Origin: Acidobacteriota bacterium
GTDB taxonomy: Bacteria; Acidobacteriota; CAIWXX01
DNA: 64,000 nucleotides
Assembly (NCBI GenBank): GCA_040755995.1
Contig: JBFMAF010000004.1
Location: 1-64,000, forward strand
Direction of reading: 5' to 3'
Below are positions 53,644 through 62,593 of this stretch, one piece after another. Position numbers and translations under genes: made by a program. Position 1 is the stretch's first letter. Each line of letters begins with the position of its first letter. The notes under the pieces are model-generated. The model was not told where the DNA came from. It saw only the letters and a program-made list of their open reading frames with translations, and did not search any database.

Positions 53644-54771
53644 CTAGGCCTTCGCAACCAGGGGGAGTGGGGAGAGGGAGATCCTCCTCCACCGGGCTTC
53701 CTCGTCAGTCATGGATAATCTGATTTCGCCAGATGGCAGGCGAGCAGCAGATACCTTACCACTCGAACGAAATTCGGCGGCGACTCGTGGGCCCTCAATG
53801 ATGGCGTTCACGATGGAATAGGCAACCTCCACCCCGGAACACTGGGAGTTTTGGAGAGCTCGATTCACCGCAGCATTCCACACCTGCTCAGCCACCTGAG
53901 GCGGAGTGTTCGCAGGTAGCAAGAGGGGGGCTGAGGGCGTAAGGGAGGCGGCGGCTCTTGGGTCAGAGAGGAACAGCGCGAGAGGGTTGAACGGAATCCG
54001 CAACTCCATGTAGTCCTCGATCCCCAAGTACGCATCCCAGAGAAGCTTCTCAAGGACAGGGTCGGGCCCGGCTACCTGCAGATCAAGCTTGCGCGCACGC
54101 TTTCTCGTCACAGCGTCACCGTGGGCAAAGAAACTCTTGTTCAAGTTCAGAGCAATTTGTCTTGCCTTGCGATCATCGTCGAGATGCGTCGAGAGTAGGC
54201 GCTCCCCGACCTCTGCAGACAACTCGCTCGCCCGCTTGGCAGCACCAACGATCAGCGGATCCATAGCCGAAAAGAGCTTCTCCACCACCGTGGTCACGTG
54301 TTGCTGCTCAGTCAAACGAACATCGTGATGGAGGAAGCTGAGAAAAGCCCCCATGTCTTCGTAGGCGAATTGCCGGGCAGTGCCATCGGGGAGTCTGACC
54401 GCGATCTGGGGGTCGATAGGGCCGAGTGACGCGTATGGATGCATCACGATCTCGTCGGCTCCGAGCGAGAATACAGTGGCTGCACTGAAGGCCGCAAAAG
54501 GAACGAGAACCCCGATCTTGACAAACCGCTCGCGTAGGGTGGCCATGAGCTTCCAGGCGGTCAACGCGTCACCGCCCATGCTGTTGATAAGCACGTCAAT
54601 CGCATCGATTCCCAGAGGAATCGCCTCCACTTGATCAATGAATTCACGCACAGCATCGCCCGCCATTGCAGCCCGGACACCAGCGCGCGTCGAGGTGGCG
54701 TAAACGATCAACGGGCGCTTTCGGTAGTCCTCGATTGCTGTGTAACGCTGAATACGTTCCTCGATCTTCAA
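53644..54771 (-). CDS. SDH-family (DUF114) Clp-fold serine protease
   Basis: DVLINSMGGD, VPFAAFSAATVFSLGADEIVM..ASLGPIDPQ, FAHG; TTG start with RBS. Confidence 0.85.
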   Translation of the reverse strand: MKIEERIQRYTAIEDYRKRPLIVYATSTRAGVRAAMAGDAVREFIDQVEAIPLGIDAIDVLINSMGGDALTAWKLMATLRERFVKIGVLVPFAAFSAATVFSLGADEIVMHPYASLGPIDPQIAVRLPDGTARQFAYEDMGAFLSFLHHDVRLTEQQHVTTVVEKLFSAMDPLIVGAAKRASELSAEVGERLLSTHLDDDRKARQIALNLNKSFFAHGDAVTRKRARKLDLQVAGPDPVLEKLLWDAYLGIEDYMELRIPFNPLALFLSDPRAAASLTPSAPLLLPANTPPQVAEQVWNAAVNRALQNSQCSGVEVAYSIVNAIIEGPRVAAEFRSSGKVSAARLPSGEIRLSMTDEEARWRRISLSPLPLVAKA

Positions 54772-55331
54772 CCCCGTGCCTTCCTCTCAAACTGCGTGAA
54801 TATGGTGGTCGACAACCAACAGCAACTACAGACTACTGAAATCGCGTCGGATTTGTCAATGACTACAAAGACTGCCGAGGGACGCCACCGTCGTAATGAC
54901 ATCCCCACGCGGACGGGGCGAGCGTCTCAGGCTCCGACCCAGGAACGGGTCTCCATCGAGCTTGAAAGGGCACGGCTGCGCACGCCCCCGCCCGATGGAA
55001 ACTCCGCCCAGGTGCCCGCTCCGGTTCTCTGGATCGCATCTGCACATTTCATGCTAGCCCGCCATCACGAGTCAATTCGGCCGAAACACGAATCAATCCG
55101 CTGGCTAGCAGGTTTCCGTCATACGAGAACCTTGGTCCATCACGCCAGTTCGTCTCCGCGTCCTGGTGGTGCAACCGTGCCCGGCCGCGCCAAGGCTCTC
55201 ATGTTCGCTCCGACCCTTTGCGTGGCGCCCACAGGGGCCTTGACGCGTCCCCTGGGCGAACAGATTTCAAGGCGCGGAGCAAAATCACGGCCGAGTGTTC
55301 GAATTCAAGGCGTCATCGATGATCATCAGCT

Positions 55332-55369
55332 GTAGAGCCCCTTGCCAGCGAAGATCCCCTCACCGAACA
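55332..55369 (-). repeat. 38-bp cgs micro-fragment F7 (36/38 identical to 34617-34654; [12 protein letters not shown])
   Basis: Direct alignment. Confidence 0.85.
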
Positions 55370-55531
55370 TGTGACGAGCGTGATCCCCAAGGGCCGCGAA
55401 GCGATCAGACTTGAGCTTCGCCACTTTCGTGGGCATCGGCAAGTAGCTGATGGCTCGATCGACGAGTCGCGTGTAGATCCGCCCTCCACCGTCAGCACGG
55501 TAGAGCTCGATCAACTCAGCCAGAGCCGCAG
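55369..55531 (-). repeat. Repeat C: diverged copy of 36951-37113
   Basis: Same 18418-bp offset at both ends. Confidence 0.9.
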
Positions 55532-55908
55532 CGAGCCCCTCCATCGCCGGGATGTGCACACACGCTGCAACCTCGGCGGACGTCATCGGTGGGCCATCGA
55601 ATCCGGGTTTCTCGTCGAGAGGCGTCATGGCTGTAACTACGAACACTGCTTCTCGTTCGACTGGAAAGCCATGAAGGGATATCACTAATGCCGCACGAGT
55701 GTTCCAGAGTGAGCGTGAGTCACATGAAGCCAATTACTACGCTATGTTGACTGCGGCCGACGAGGCCGGCGAAATGGCTCGCATTCCGCGAAAGGAACAT
55801 ACATTGCGAGACGCCGAGGAGCCCGAGGTAAGTGATGACGCCCCGGAGCGTTCGCTTGCCGAGCGCCGATTCGCTTGCCGTGGACGGTCCTCCTGATGGT
55901 GAGATTGG

Positions 55909-57546
55909 CTAGCCCGAGCGCTCGGCCTGGGCGAGCAAGTCAACGATCGCGGCATGGCCCAAAGTCTGAGCCCATTGACGTGCCGTCTCACCCTTTTCAT
56001 CACGTGCGTGCGGATCAGCGCCCGCATAAAGCAGCAGTCGTACCGCATCTTCTTTCCCGGAACGGGCCGCCTGCATCAGAGCCGTAGAGCCGTATTGAGA
56101 TTTCAGGCCCACGTTTGCCCGGGCATCGATAAGCACACGCGCGACTGCCGCACTTCCCTTGACCATCATCAGGGCCGTTTCACCGGAGTTGTTCACGGCA
56201 TCGACATCCGCTCCGCCGGTAACGAGCGCCTGCACAATGTCCGCTTTTCCGTCCAGTGCTGCAGACATCAAGGCGGTCGCCCCGACATTGTTGCGCGCGT
56301 TGGCATTTGCGCCATGGCTCAGCAGGAACTCTATATCCGTTGGCTTCCCTCTACTGGCGGCTGTCATTAGCGCGGTGAAACCGAGCGACTGCTTCGCGTT
56401 GACATCGGCGCCGTCCTTCACTGCAGCGATCGCAGCATCAACATCACCGTTGTCGACCGCTTCGAGCAATCTTCGTGTGGCTTCTTCAGTCATGCGCTGG
56501 CCGGGAGGCGCCGCAGGCTTTGCGGCACTTGCTGCGCGGTAGCGGATCCGCGCCGTCGCCGGCGTCACGAGATCCGCGAACTGCTTGACACGCCACATTA
56601 CCTGCACCTCCACGTAGTATGTTCTGGGCTTTCTGCCAATTCCGAGGAATCCGGAGGAGCCTTTCTGCACGCACTCGTACTTTCGGATCGAGATGTCCTC
56701 CCACGGCACGTCGTCGAACTGCGAGCGCACCTGTTCCCTAATGAGATTGCCGACCTGCGCTTCGTTGTTCGCACGGCTGAGGTCCAGGTTCATTTCCAGG
56801 GATCGAATAGTCCCTTGTCGAATTATCTCCCGATCCGTGACTATCTCACCCCGGGCAAAGCACTTCCTCGCCCGCTCCGTAGCTTCATCCGCCGTGCTCC
56901 CGCTGCCTGTGGCACAGACTCGCTTTGTATTGCCGGGCACCGCCTCTTCCGACTGAATCTCTGCACCGGCCGGCAGCAGTGCCCGTCCAGCCTGAAGAGC
57001 CTCTTCGGGCGACGCGCCCGATGCGACTTGCTCCTGGGGCACACGCGCCAGCACGGAGGCATTGAAGGCCTGATCGTGCCCTACAATGCTGTAAACGTGC
57101 TCGTCGAACAGTTTGCCATAGGAATCGAAGCTCTCGCCGCATGCCAGGCAGCGGTAACTCTGCGACTTCAGCCCCTCGCTCAAGAAGAATTCGACAACCA
57201 TTGCCGATCCGAGCAGGCGCTCAAATCCTGGGAAACGCTTTGACGGCCACTCTTTCCAATCGTCTTGCGGTGGCAACCCGACGGATCTGAAATAGTCATA
57301 CCATGACCAGGTATGGTCCAGCGGCTTCGGCAGCTCGGGGACGCGGAAGCCAGTGCCAATAAACATTAGAATGCTGTACCCACAGCCGTCGCGTATCAAA
57401 GCTACCGCTGACTTCAGTGGAATCGGGACTTCATTGTTCAGCATGGCCAAGTAGACATATCGTGCTGTTTCCTCATTGCGAAACTCGAATAGCTGGACAT
57501 AGTGAAGCTCGTCGCGATCTATCATCGACCTCAGAATCTCGCTCAT
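55909..57546 (-). CDS. Ankyrin-repeat protein with an uncharacterised N-terminal region
   Basis: About five GxTALMxAA...GADVNA repeats at the C-terminus; GGAGG RBS. Confidence 0.85.
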   Translation of the reverse strand: MSEILRSMIDRDELHYVQLFEFRNEETARYVYLAMLNNEVPIPLKSAVALIRDGCGYSILMFIGTGFRVPELPKPLDHTWSWYDYFRSVGLPPQDDWKEWPSKRFPGFERLLGSAMVVEFFLSEGLKSQSYRCLACGESFDSYGKLFDEHVYSIVGHDQAFNASVLARVPQEQVASGASPEEALQAGRALLPAGAEIQSEEAVPGNTKRVCATGSGSTADEATERARKCFARGEIVTDREIIRQGTIRSLEMNLDLSRANNEAQVGNLIREQVRSQFDDVPWEDISIRKYECVQKGSSGFLGIGRKPRTYYVEVQVMWRVKQFADLVTPATARIRYRAASAAKPAAPPGQRMTEEATRRLLEAVDNGDVDAAIAAVKDGADVNAKQSLGFTALMTAASRGKPTDIEFLLSHGANANARNNVGATALMSAALDGKADIVQALVTGGADVDAVNNSGETALMMVKGSAAVARVLIDARANVGLKSQYGSTALMQAARSGKEDAVRLLLYAGADPHARDEKGETARQWAQTLGHAAIVDLLAQAERSG

Positions 57547-57589
57547 TGCCCCTCCTATCTCACCGGCCTGGAAAGTCTGCTTGACATGC

Positions 57590-58125
57590 TTAAAATGTAG
57601 GACGAGACGATTGAAGCGTCAAGCTCATGTGGATTTTCGGATGAAGTTGAGAGAGCGCTCGCTGAAGACGTTGAAGGGCTATGCCCAAGCTCACATGTTG
57701 AGCAAACGCGTCGACAGCCCAAGCTTCGGGAGGCTGCAGCATCTCATAATGATGCGATCCGGGCTGCTCCAACGCATCAAAGAACTCGTCCAAGCCGACG
57801 TAGTCAAGTAGTGACTTCTTGCTCCATGCCCGTTGCGGATCGGGCACTGACTGGAATTTGGGGGCAATCATGGGTACATCTCCATGAATGACGACGTGTC
57901 GATGAAAGGAAAAAGGTCGACGGCAGTGGGGTCACTGGACTCCGATGAGCGCGGGCAACCCACAATCGCATGATACTCGGCAAGATACGCCACCATAATG
58001 CACTCCTGGTACTCGGCGGGAACGTTTGCGAACTGCGGCTCGATCGCGAGCGCGGCGAGCTTGAGTAGCAGGGACGCGAACAGCCCAACAGGAATCTTTC
58101 TACATCTTAACCAAATCAGGCGCAT
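57590..58125 (-). other. Two short coupled ORFs or remnants (57868-58125, 57590-57871)
   Basis: ATGA overlap, lower GC, no motif recognised. Confidence 0.3.
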
Positions 58126-58166
58126 CCAGCCCCGTTCTGCCGACTACTCCAAACGCGAATGCCTAC

Positions 58167-58297
58167 GAGGTGTCAACTCCCCATTCGTGCGTCCCCATTC
58201 GGCACAGCCACCGATTCCGTCTACGACCCATGGGAACGGCCCCATGCCGGGTCATCACTGTGGCCGACGACCTCCAGGATATGACGAGGGGGATCCG
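58167..58297 (-). repeat. Repeat D: diverged copy of 36839-36969
   Basis: Same 21328-bp offset at both ends. Confidence 0.9.
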
Positions 58298-58356
58298 GCA
58301 GACCGCACCCTGAATGCGTCCCGGGGGGTGCGCCGGCAAAAGATCATTTTCGCCCC

Positions 58357-58403
58357 TTGACAGACGGAGCTTTTCCGCCTATATTTAACCGAGCGGTTAG
58401 TTA
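58357..58403 (+). promoter_or_regulatory. tetR promoter and operator
   Basis: TTGACA-17bp-TATATT immediately followed by the IR TAACCG-AG-CGGTTA. Confidence 0.7.
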
Positions 58404-58445
58404 TATAACCGCGTCGGAACGAAGCCGGGATGCAAAGGAGTGGGC

Positions 58446-59093
58446 ATGCCAAGGACAGGCGGTGAGAAGACGCGCAGACGGATACTGGAGGTCGCGGAGA
58501 GGCTCTTTGCCGAAAAGGGCTTCAGTGCGACCAGCGTGAACCAGATCGCCCGCCATGCCCGCGTGAACAAGGCGCTGATCTATTACCACTTCAAGGACAA
58601 GAGGGATCTCATCCTCAAGCTCTTCACGAGCATCATGGACGAGCTCGGCCAGAAGCCCCATGCGCCCGCAGACACGAGTCCTGCCGGGGATTCGGGACCC
58701 GGTCTGAAGCAGGAGATGCGGAAGGAGCTCGAGTTCCTGGCGAGCCGGGGGAGGATCCTCTCCCTGATGCTCGCGGAGGCCCTGCGCACTGCGGATCGTG
58801 ACGATTACCTCTTCCGCTGTGCCGAGATGGTGGCGGAGCGCGAACATCCCGGAGCCGAGGAGACCGGCGGGAAAGGACGGCGGCGCCCGGGGCAGCGCGG
58901 CCTGACCCGGGAGCAGCAGCGGTACTGGGTCCATGAATTCTTCACGGGGTTCATTCCGGTGATCGCCTTCTCCGCGCTGCGCGAAAAATGGTGCCGGTAT
59001 TTTCAAGCCGATCCCGCGTCGGTGCAGGAGCACTTTCTCGATGCGTTCGAGAGCACTCACGTGGCGTCGCAGCTGAAACGCCCGCGGGCGTGA
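58446..59093 (+). CDS. TetR/AcrR family regulator
   Basis: RILEVAERLFAEKGFSATSV..IA..A.VNKALIYYHFKDK; AAGGAG RBS. Confidence 0.92.
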   Translation: MPRTGGEKTRRRILEVAERLFAEKGFSATSVNQIARHARVNKALIYYHFKDKRDLILKLFTSIMDELGQKPHAPADTSPAGDSGPGLKQEMRKELEFLASRGRILSLMLAEALRTADRDDYLFRCAEMVAEREHPGAEETGGKGRRRPGQRGLTREQQRYWVHEFFTGFIPVIAFSALREKWCRYFQADPASVQEHFLDAFESTHVASQLKRPRA

Positions 59094-59129
59094 GGTGAGC
59101 AGAATGTGCCATCAGGCATTTTTGGAAAC

Positions 59130-59152
59130 TATAACTAACTGGCCGGATAGTA
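59130..59152 (+). promoter_or_regulatory. Second putative TetR operator
   Basis: TATAACTAACTGGCCGGATAG resembles the reverse complement of operator 1 (TATAACTAACCGCTCGGTTAA). Confidence 0.5.
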
Positions 59153-59204
59153 AACAACAAGCCGGCGACCACGGCGTTCGCGCGGGGAGGAAAGGAGAAG
59201 AAGA

Positions 59205-60350
59205 ATGCAACCCGAAGTCATGATCGAGGAGTCAGAGGAGCGGACCGCGAAGAGGACCTCCCTGACGGTCGCCGCATTCTATGCGCTGATCGCATTCGAG
59301 TTCTTCTACATGGCGAGTCCATTCGCCGCTTACTTCTACGCCGGCTACCTGCCGGGACTCAAGATTCTCCAGCTGTCTTCCGTGACGGCCAGGCTCACCG
59401 GCTTCTTCCTCCCGCATCTCGTCACCGACACTTCCTCCTTTCTGGTCAATTCCGCGCCCTTCCTGGGAGCTTTCCTGACTGCCGTCGGCCTGGCGGGCTT
59501 TGCATTCGGCGCCGTGCAGATCTACTCCCGCAAGCTCCGCAAGATGGGAGCAGCCACCGGGGGAGTCTACAAGGTCCTGCGGCATCCGCAATATGCATCG
59601 CTGATCGTCGCGGGAGCCGGCCTCCTGCTGCTCTGGCCCCGCAATTTGATGGCCGTTCTTTTCGTGACAATGCTGTTCGTGTATACGATTCTGGCCAGGA
59701 TCGAAGAACAGGAATGCCTGCGTCTTTATGGCGATTCTTATCGTGATTACATGATGCGGGTTCCGGGGATCCTGCCGGTGAAAATACCTCTGATCGGGTG
59801 CATTCCGAAGCCGCGGACCGGAGTCGGGCGGGTCGCAGCCCTCCTGGTTCTCTATGTTGCTGCTCAGGCACTGACCCTCGCCACGGTCTTCGCCGTTCAG
59901 AACTACACGATTGCGCAGCTGCATGCCGTTGCCGGCAGGGATTCCGTCTATGTGGCGCTCGACCGGGTCGAAGCCTCACGAATTCGGGACCTGGCCGGAA
60001 TGGCCGAGACGGATCCCGGTGTTCGAAGCCGCTTGTCGGCATTGCGGCAAGACGGCGTCCGTTTCGTGAATTATGTCATGCCGCAGGAGTGGGCCGTCTC
60101 GGAGATCCAGATGAACGGGCCGAGGACTCATGAGACGCCTGCTGAATACAACAGGAGCAAGTTCAAGATTATCTACACTCGTGCTATTCTTCCGGCCCCG
60201 GGCGATGTCAGCGGGCAGGCCATCCTGAAACAGGCCTCGGGGACCAGAGCTCTGTTCGAAGCCTGGGTCGGTGAGGACGGACAGATCGAGAAGATTCTGG
60301 AACCGCCGGCGAAGGCCTTCTATGGAGATGTACCTGTTCCAGTCTATTAG
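59205..60350 (+). CDS. ICMT/PEMT-family membrane methyltransferase with a C-terminal extension
   Basis: TM helices; TGGVYKVLRHPQY, IEEQ..L..YG..YRDY...VP. Confidence 0.8.
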   Translation: MQPEVMIEESEERTAKRTSLTVAAFYALIAFEFFYMASPFAAYFYAGYLPGLKILQLSSVTARLTGFFLPHLVTDTSSFLVNSAPFLGAFLTAVGLAGFAFGAVQIYSRKLRKMGAATGGVYKVLRHPQYASLIVAGAGLLLLWPRNLMAVLFVTMLFVYTILARIEEQECLRLYGDSYRDYMMRVPGILPVKIPLIGCIPKPRTGVGRVAALLVLYVAAQALTLATVFAVQNYTIAQLHAVAGRDSVYVALDRVEASRIRDLAGMAETDPGVRSRLSALRQDGVRFVNYVMPQEWAVSEIQMNGPRTHETPAEYNRSKFKIIYTRAILPAPGDVSGQAILKQASGTRALFEAWVGEDGQIEKILEPPAKAFYGDVPVPVY

Positions 60351-60377
60351 CGTCCTACGAGCGGAATCCTGACACTA

Positions 60378-60433
60378 GCGAGGCGGGGCCTCAGACCGAT
60401 GAACCATGCCAGGCCGCTTTGGCCCCGCCTCGC
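60378..60433. repeat. 13-bp inverted repeat (possible terminator or REP)
   Basis: GCGAGGCGGGGCC ... GGCCCCGCCTCGC. Confidence 0.5.
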
Positions 60434-60576
60434 GTCGAGAGTCGACAGTCGAGAGTTGGGAGTGACTACCGTGGGAATTCAGAGCCAATGACGCGACGTG
60501 GCAAACTTGACTCAATCGCAACATTTTTTTCCCCTGAAGCCCGCTAGGCGCTAACGCGCCTAGATGGCAAGACCCC

Positions 60577-60646
60577 GTTCACCGCGGAGACGCAGAGGAC
60601 GCAGAGTCGAATGAACCCTCTGCGCACTACGCGCCTCTGCGGTGAA
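60577..60646. repeat. REP-like imperfect hairpin
   Basis: TTCACCGCGGAGACGCAGAGGACGCAGAG ... CTCTGCGCACTACGCGCCTCTGCGGTGAA. Confidence 0.6.
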
Positions 60647-60706
60647 AGGGCATGCTCATTGAACCTCCCTGTTTGGTTGCGGCTGTGCCGCGTTAGGAGT
60701 GGATCG

Positions 60707-61795
60707 ATGATGACCCGAAATCTCTTCATTCTCCTTCTTCTCGCGGTGTGCGCAGTGCTTCTGATCGCTGCTGCGATCAGCATGCGGCCACGGGCCTACA
60801 GGGGGCCTGTTTCGGATCACTTCGACGGCGCCCGCTTCTTCAACGCCGAGCCGGAACACTCGGCAGGCGACACGATCAAGTGGCTCTGGGAGATGAAGAC
60901 CGTGGATTGGCCCGGCTGGATCGACGACCCTCACCACCCGCCCCCGCCCGAAACGGTGCCCGCTGGCGCGCTGAGAGTCACGCACATCAACCATGCCACG
61001 GTCCTGTTGCAGCTGGACGGGTTGAACATCCTGACCGATCCGATTTGGTCGAAGCGGGCGGGTATCGCGCCCTGGCTCGGCGTGCGGAGGGTACGGGATC
61101 CCGGAGTTGCATTCGACGATCTCCCGCCGATTGACGTCGTCCTGATTTCGCACGATCATTTCGACCATCTGGACGTCCCGACGGTGAAAAGGCTGAATGA
61201 GATTCACCACCCGCTTTTCATAGTCGGGCTTGGGGTGCGAGCCTTTCTGGAGTCGAAGGGCGTTCAGCGGGTGATCGAGCTGGATTGGTGGCAGCCGCAC
61301 GAGCTCCCGGGGAGCACCCTCCGGCTCACCTTCGTTCCGGCCCGGCACGGGTCCGGCCGGATGCCTCTCAGCGCGAACCGCACGCTCTGGGGGGGCTTCC
61401 TCATCGATTCACCTGGCGGCCAGGTCTATTTCGCGGGCGACTCGGGGTGGGGGTCTTCTATCGACAAGCTGGCGCAGGAATTCGATCGCATCAGGCTGGC
61501 GGTGCTGCCGATCGGCAGCTATGAAAAGCGATGGTTCATGAAATCACAGCATTTCAATCCTGAAGATGCCGTCCGGCTGCTCTTGAAGACGAACGCCCGA
61601 CAAGCCGTCGGAATGCATTACGGAACATTTGCGGAACACCCCGAACAGGATATCCAGGCTCACGAATTGGATCTCGCCCGGGCGCTGCGCGAATGCAAAG
61701 TCCCGCCGTCGAGATTCTGGATTCTCTCTTTCGGGGAGGGACGTGATGTGCCGCCCCTGGCGGAAGACGGCGTTACCGGGGGTCCATGTCCATAG
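60707..61795 (+). CDS. MBL-fold metallo-hydrolase (NAPE-PLD/RomA-like)
   Basis: SDHFDG.RFFN, LTDPIWS, SHDHFDHLD, ELDWW, YFAGDSG, LPIGSY, MHYGTF; AGGAG RBS. Confidence 0.9.
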   Translation: MMTRNLFILLLLAVCAVLLIAAAISMRPRAYRGPVSDHFDGARFFNAEPEHSAGDTIKWLWEMKTVDWPGWIDDPHHPPPPETVPAGALRVTHINHATVLLQLDGLNILTDPIWSKRAGIAPWLGVRRVRDPGVAFDDLPPIDVVLISHDHFDHLDVPTVKRLNEIHHPLFIVGLGVRAFLESKGVQRVIELDWWQPHELPGSTLRLTFVPARHGSGRMPLSANRTLWGGFLIDSPGGQVYFAGDSGWGSSIDKLAQEFDRIRLAVLPIGSYEKRWFMKSQHFNPEDAVRLLLKTNARQAVGMHYGTFAEHPEQDIQAHELDLARALRECKVPPSRFWILSFGEGRDVPPLAEDGVTGGPCP

Positions 61796-61819
61796 AGTCC
61801 ATCCAGAATTCCGACAGCT

Positions 61820-62042
61820 GGCGATGGTGAGGCGGGCACCCAGCGAGCGCTCGATCCAGTCGCATAGCCGCGATGTTTGATCTTCCGTCCACGGCGTATT
61901 GATGAGTGCCGCCTCCTTCCCCTCGATCACCACCAGTCCGTTCGACGGAAATTCTCCGTTGAAGCCCGGTGTCTCGAACCAGAAGACGTGCCGCCAGATC
62001 CCCGGCGCCAGCTGTTCGACATCCAGGTCGTCGGCGAGATGA
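61820..62042 (-). pseudogene. Subclass B1 metallo-beta-lactamase N-terminal shard
   Basis: HLADDLDVEQLAPGIWRHVFWFETPGFNGEFPSNGLVVIEGKEAALINTPWTEDQTSRLCDWIE; homology stops before HxHxD. Confidence 0.7.
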
Positions 62043-62044
62043 CT

Positions 62045-62480
62045 CGACGATACGGCCCGCGCTGTCGATAACCGTGCCCGACAGCTTGTACCCCTTCTTC
62101 AGCTTCAAGTTGAGTGTCTTGTCGCCACTGATCGTGAAGTTGCTCGTTGTAAAGGCCGCCGGCACCGGCTGAAAGCTGCTCGAGAACACCATCACGGGGA
62201 TCAGACGAGTCTTGTAGCTGCCGGAGGGGAGGGCGATAGCATACTGAGCGAAGTTGGTGGCGTCCGTGCCGAACTGTGCGAGATGGTATGCGAAGGTGCC
62301 GCCATTTGTGGCAAGAGTCCACAGGAGGGCGGTCAAGACGCTCACGCTGCCAGAAGGCGGCAGCACCTTGCCGCTCAGGATGTGGCCCGATGGAATCGTG
62401 ATTGTGCCGGCCGACGAGATGCTACCACATGGCTGCTTTGCAGCAGGCACCGGAAGAGAGCATAATACCGCCGCCGGCCC
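62045..62480 (-). pseudogene. Shard of a beta-sandwich (carboxypeptidase-regulatory-like) secreted protein
   Basis: LSGKV...YAIALPSGSY...LNLKLKKGYKLSGTVIDSAG. Confidence 0.45.
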
Positions 62481-62593
62481 GAGGCTGCGGGTACCGCTGG
62501 TGATCCACGGGAGTGGAGCAAATGGATACCCAGCTCGGGCGATGCGGCTCGTGTGTGGGTGCACAGGCTTGCGGTTACCGCGGAGGAGGTATC

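Noticed and set aside
21756..58297. Classical att-site island, integron or diversity-generating retroelement
   Set aside because: No integrase or reverse transcriptase, no attC-like sites recognised, breakpoints mostly differ, and the differences do not appear adenine-specific.
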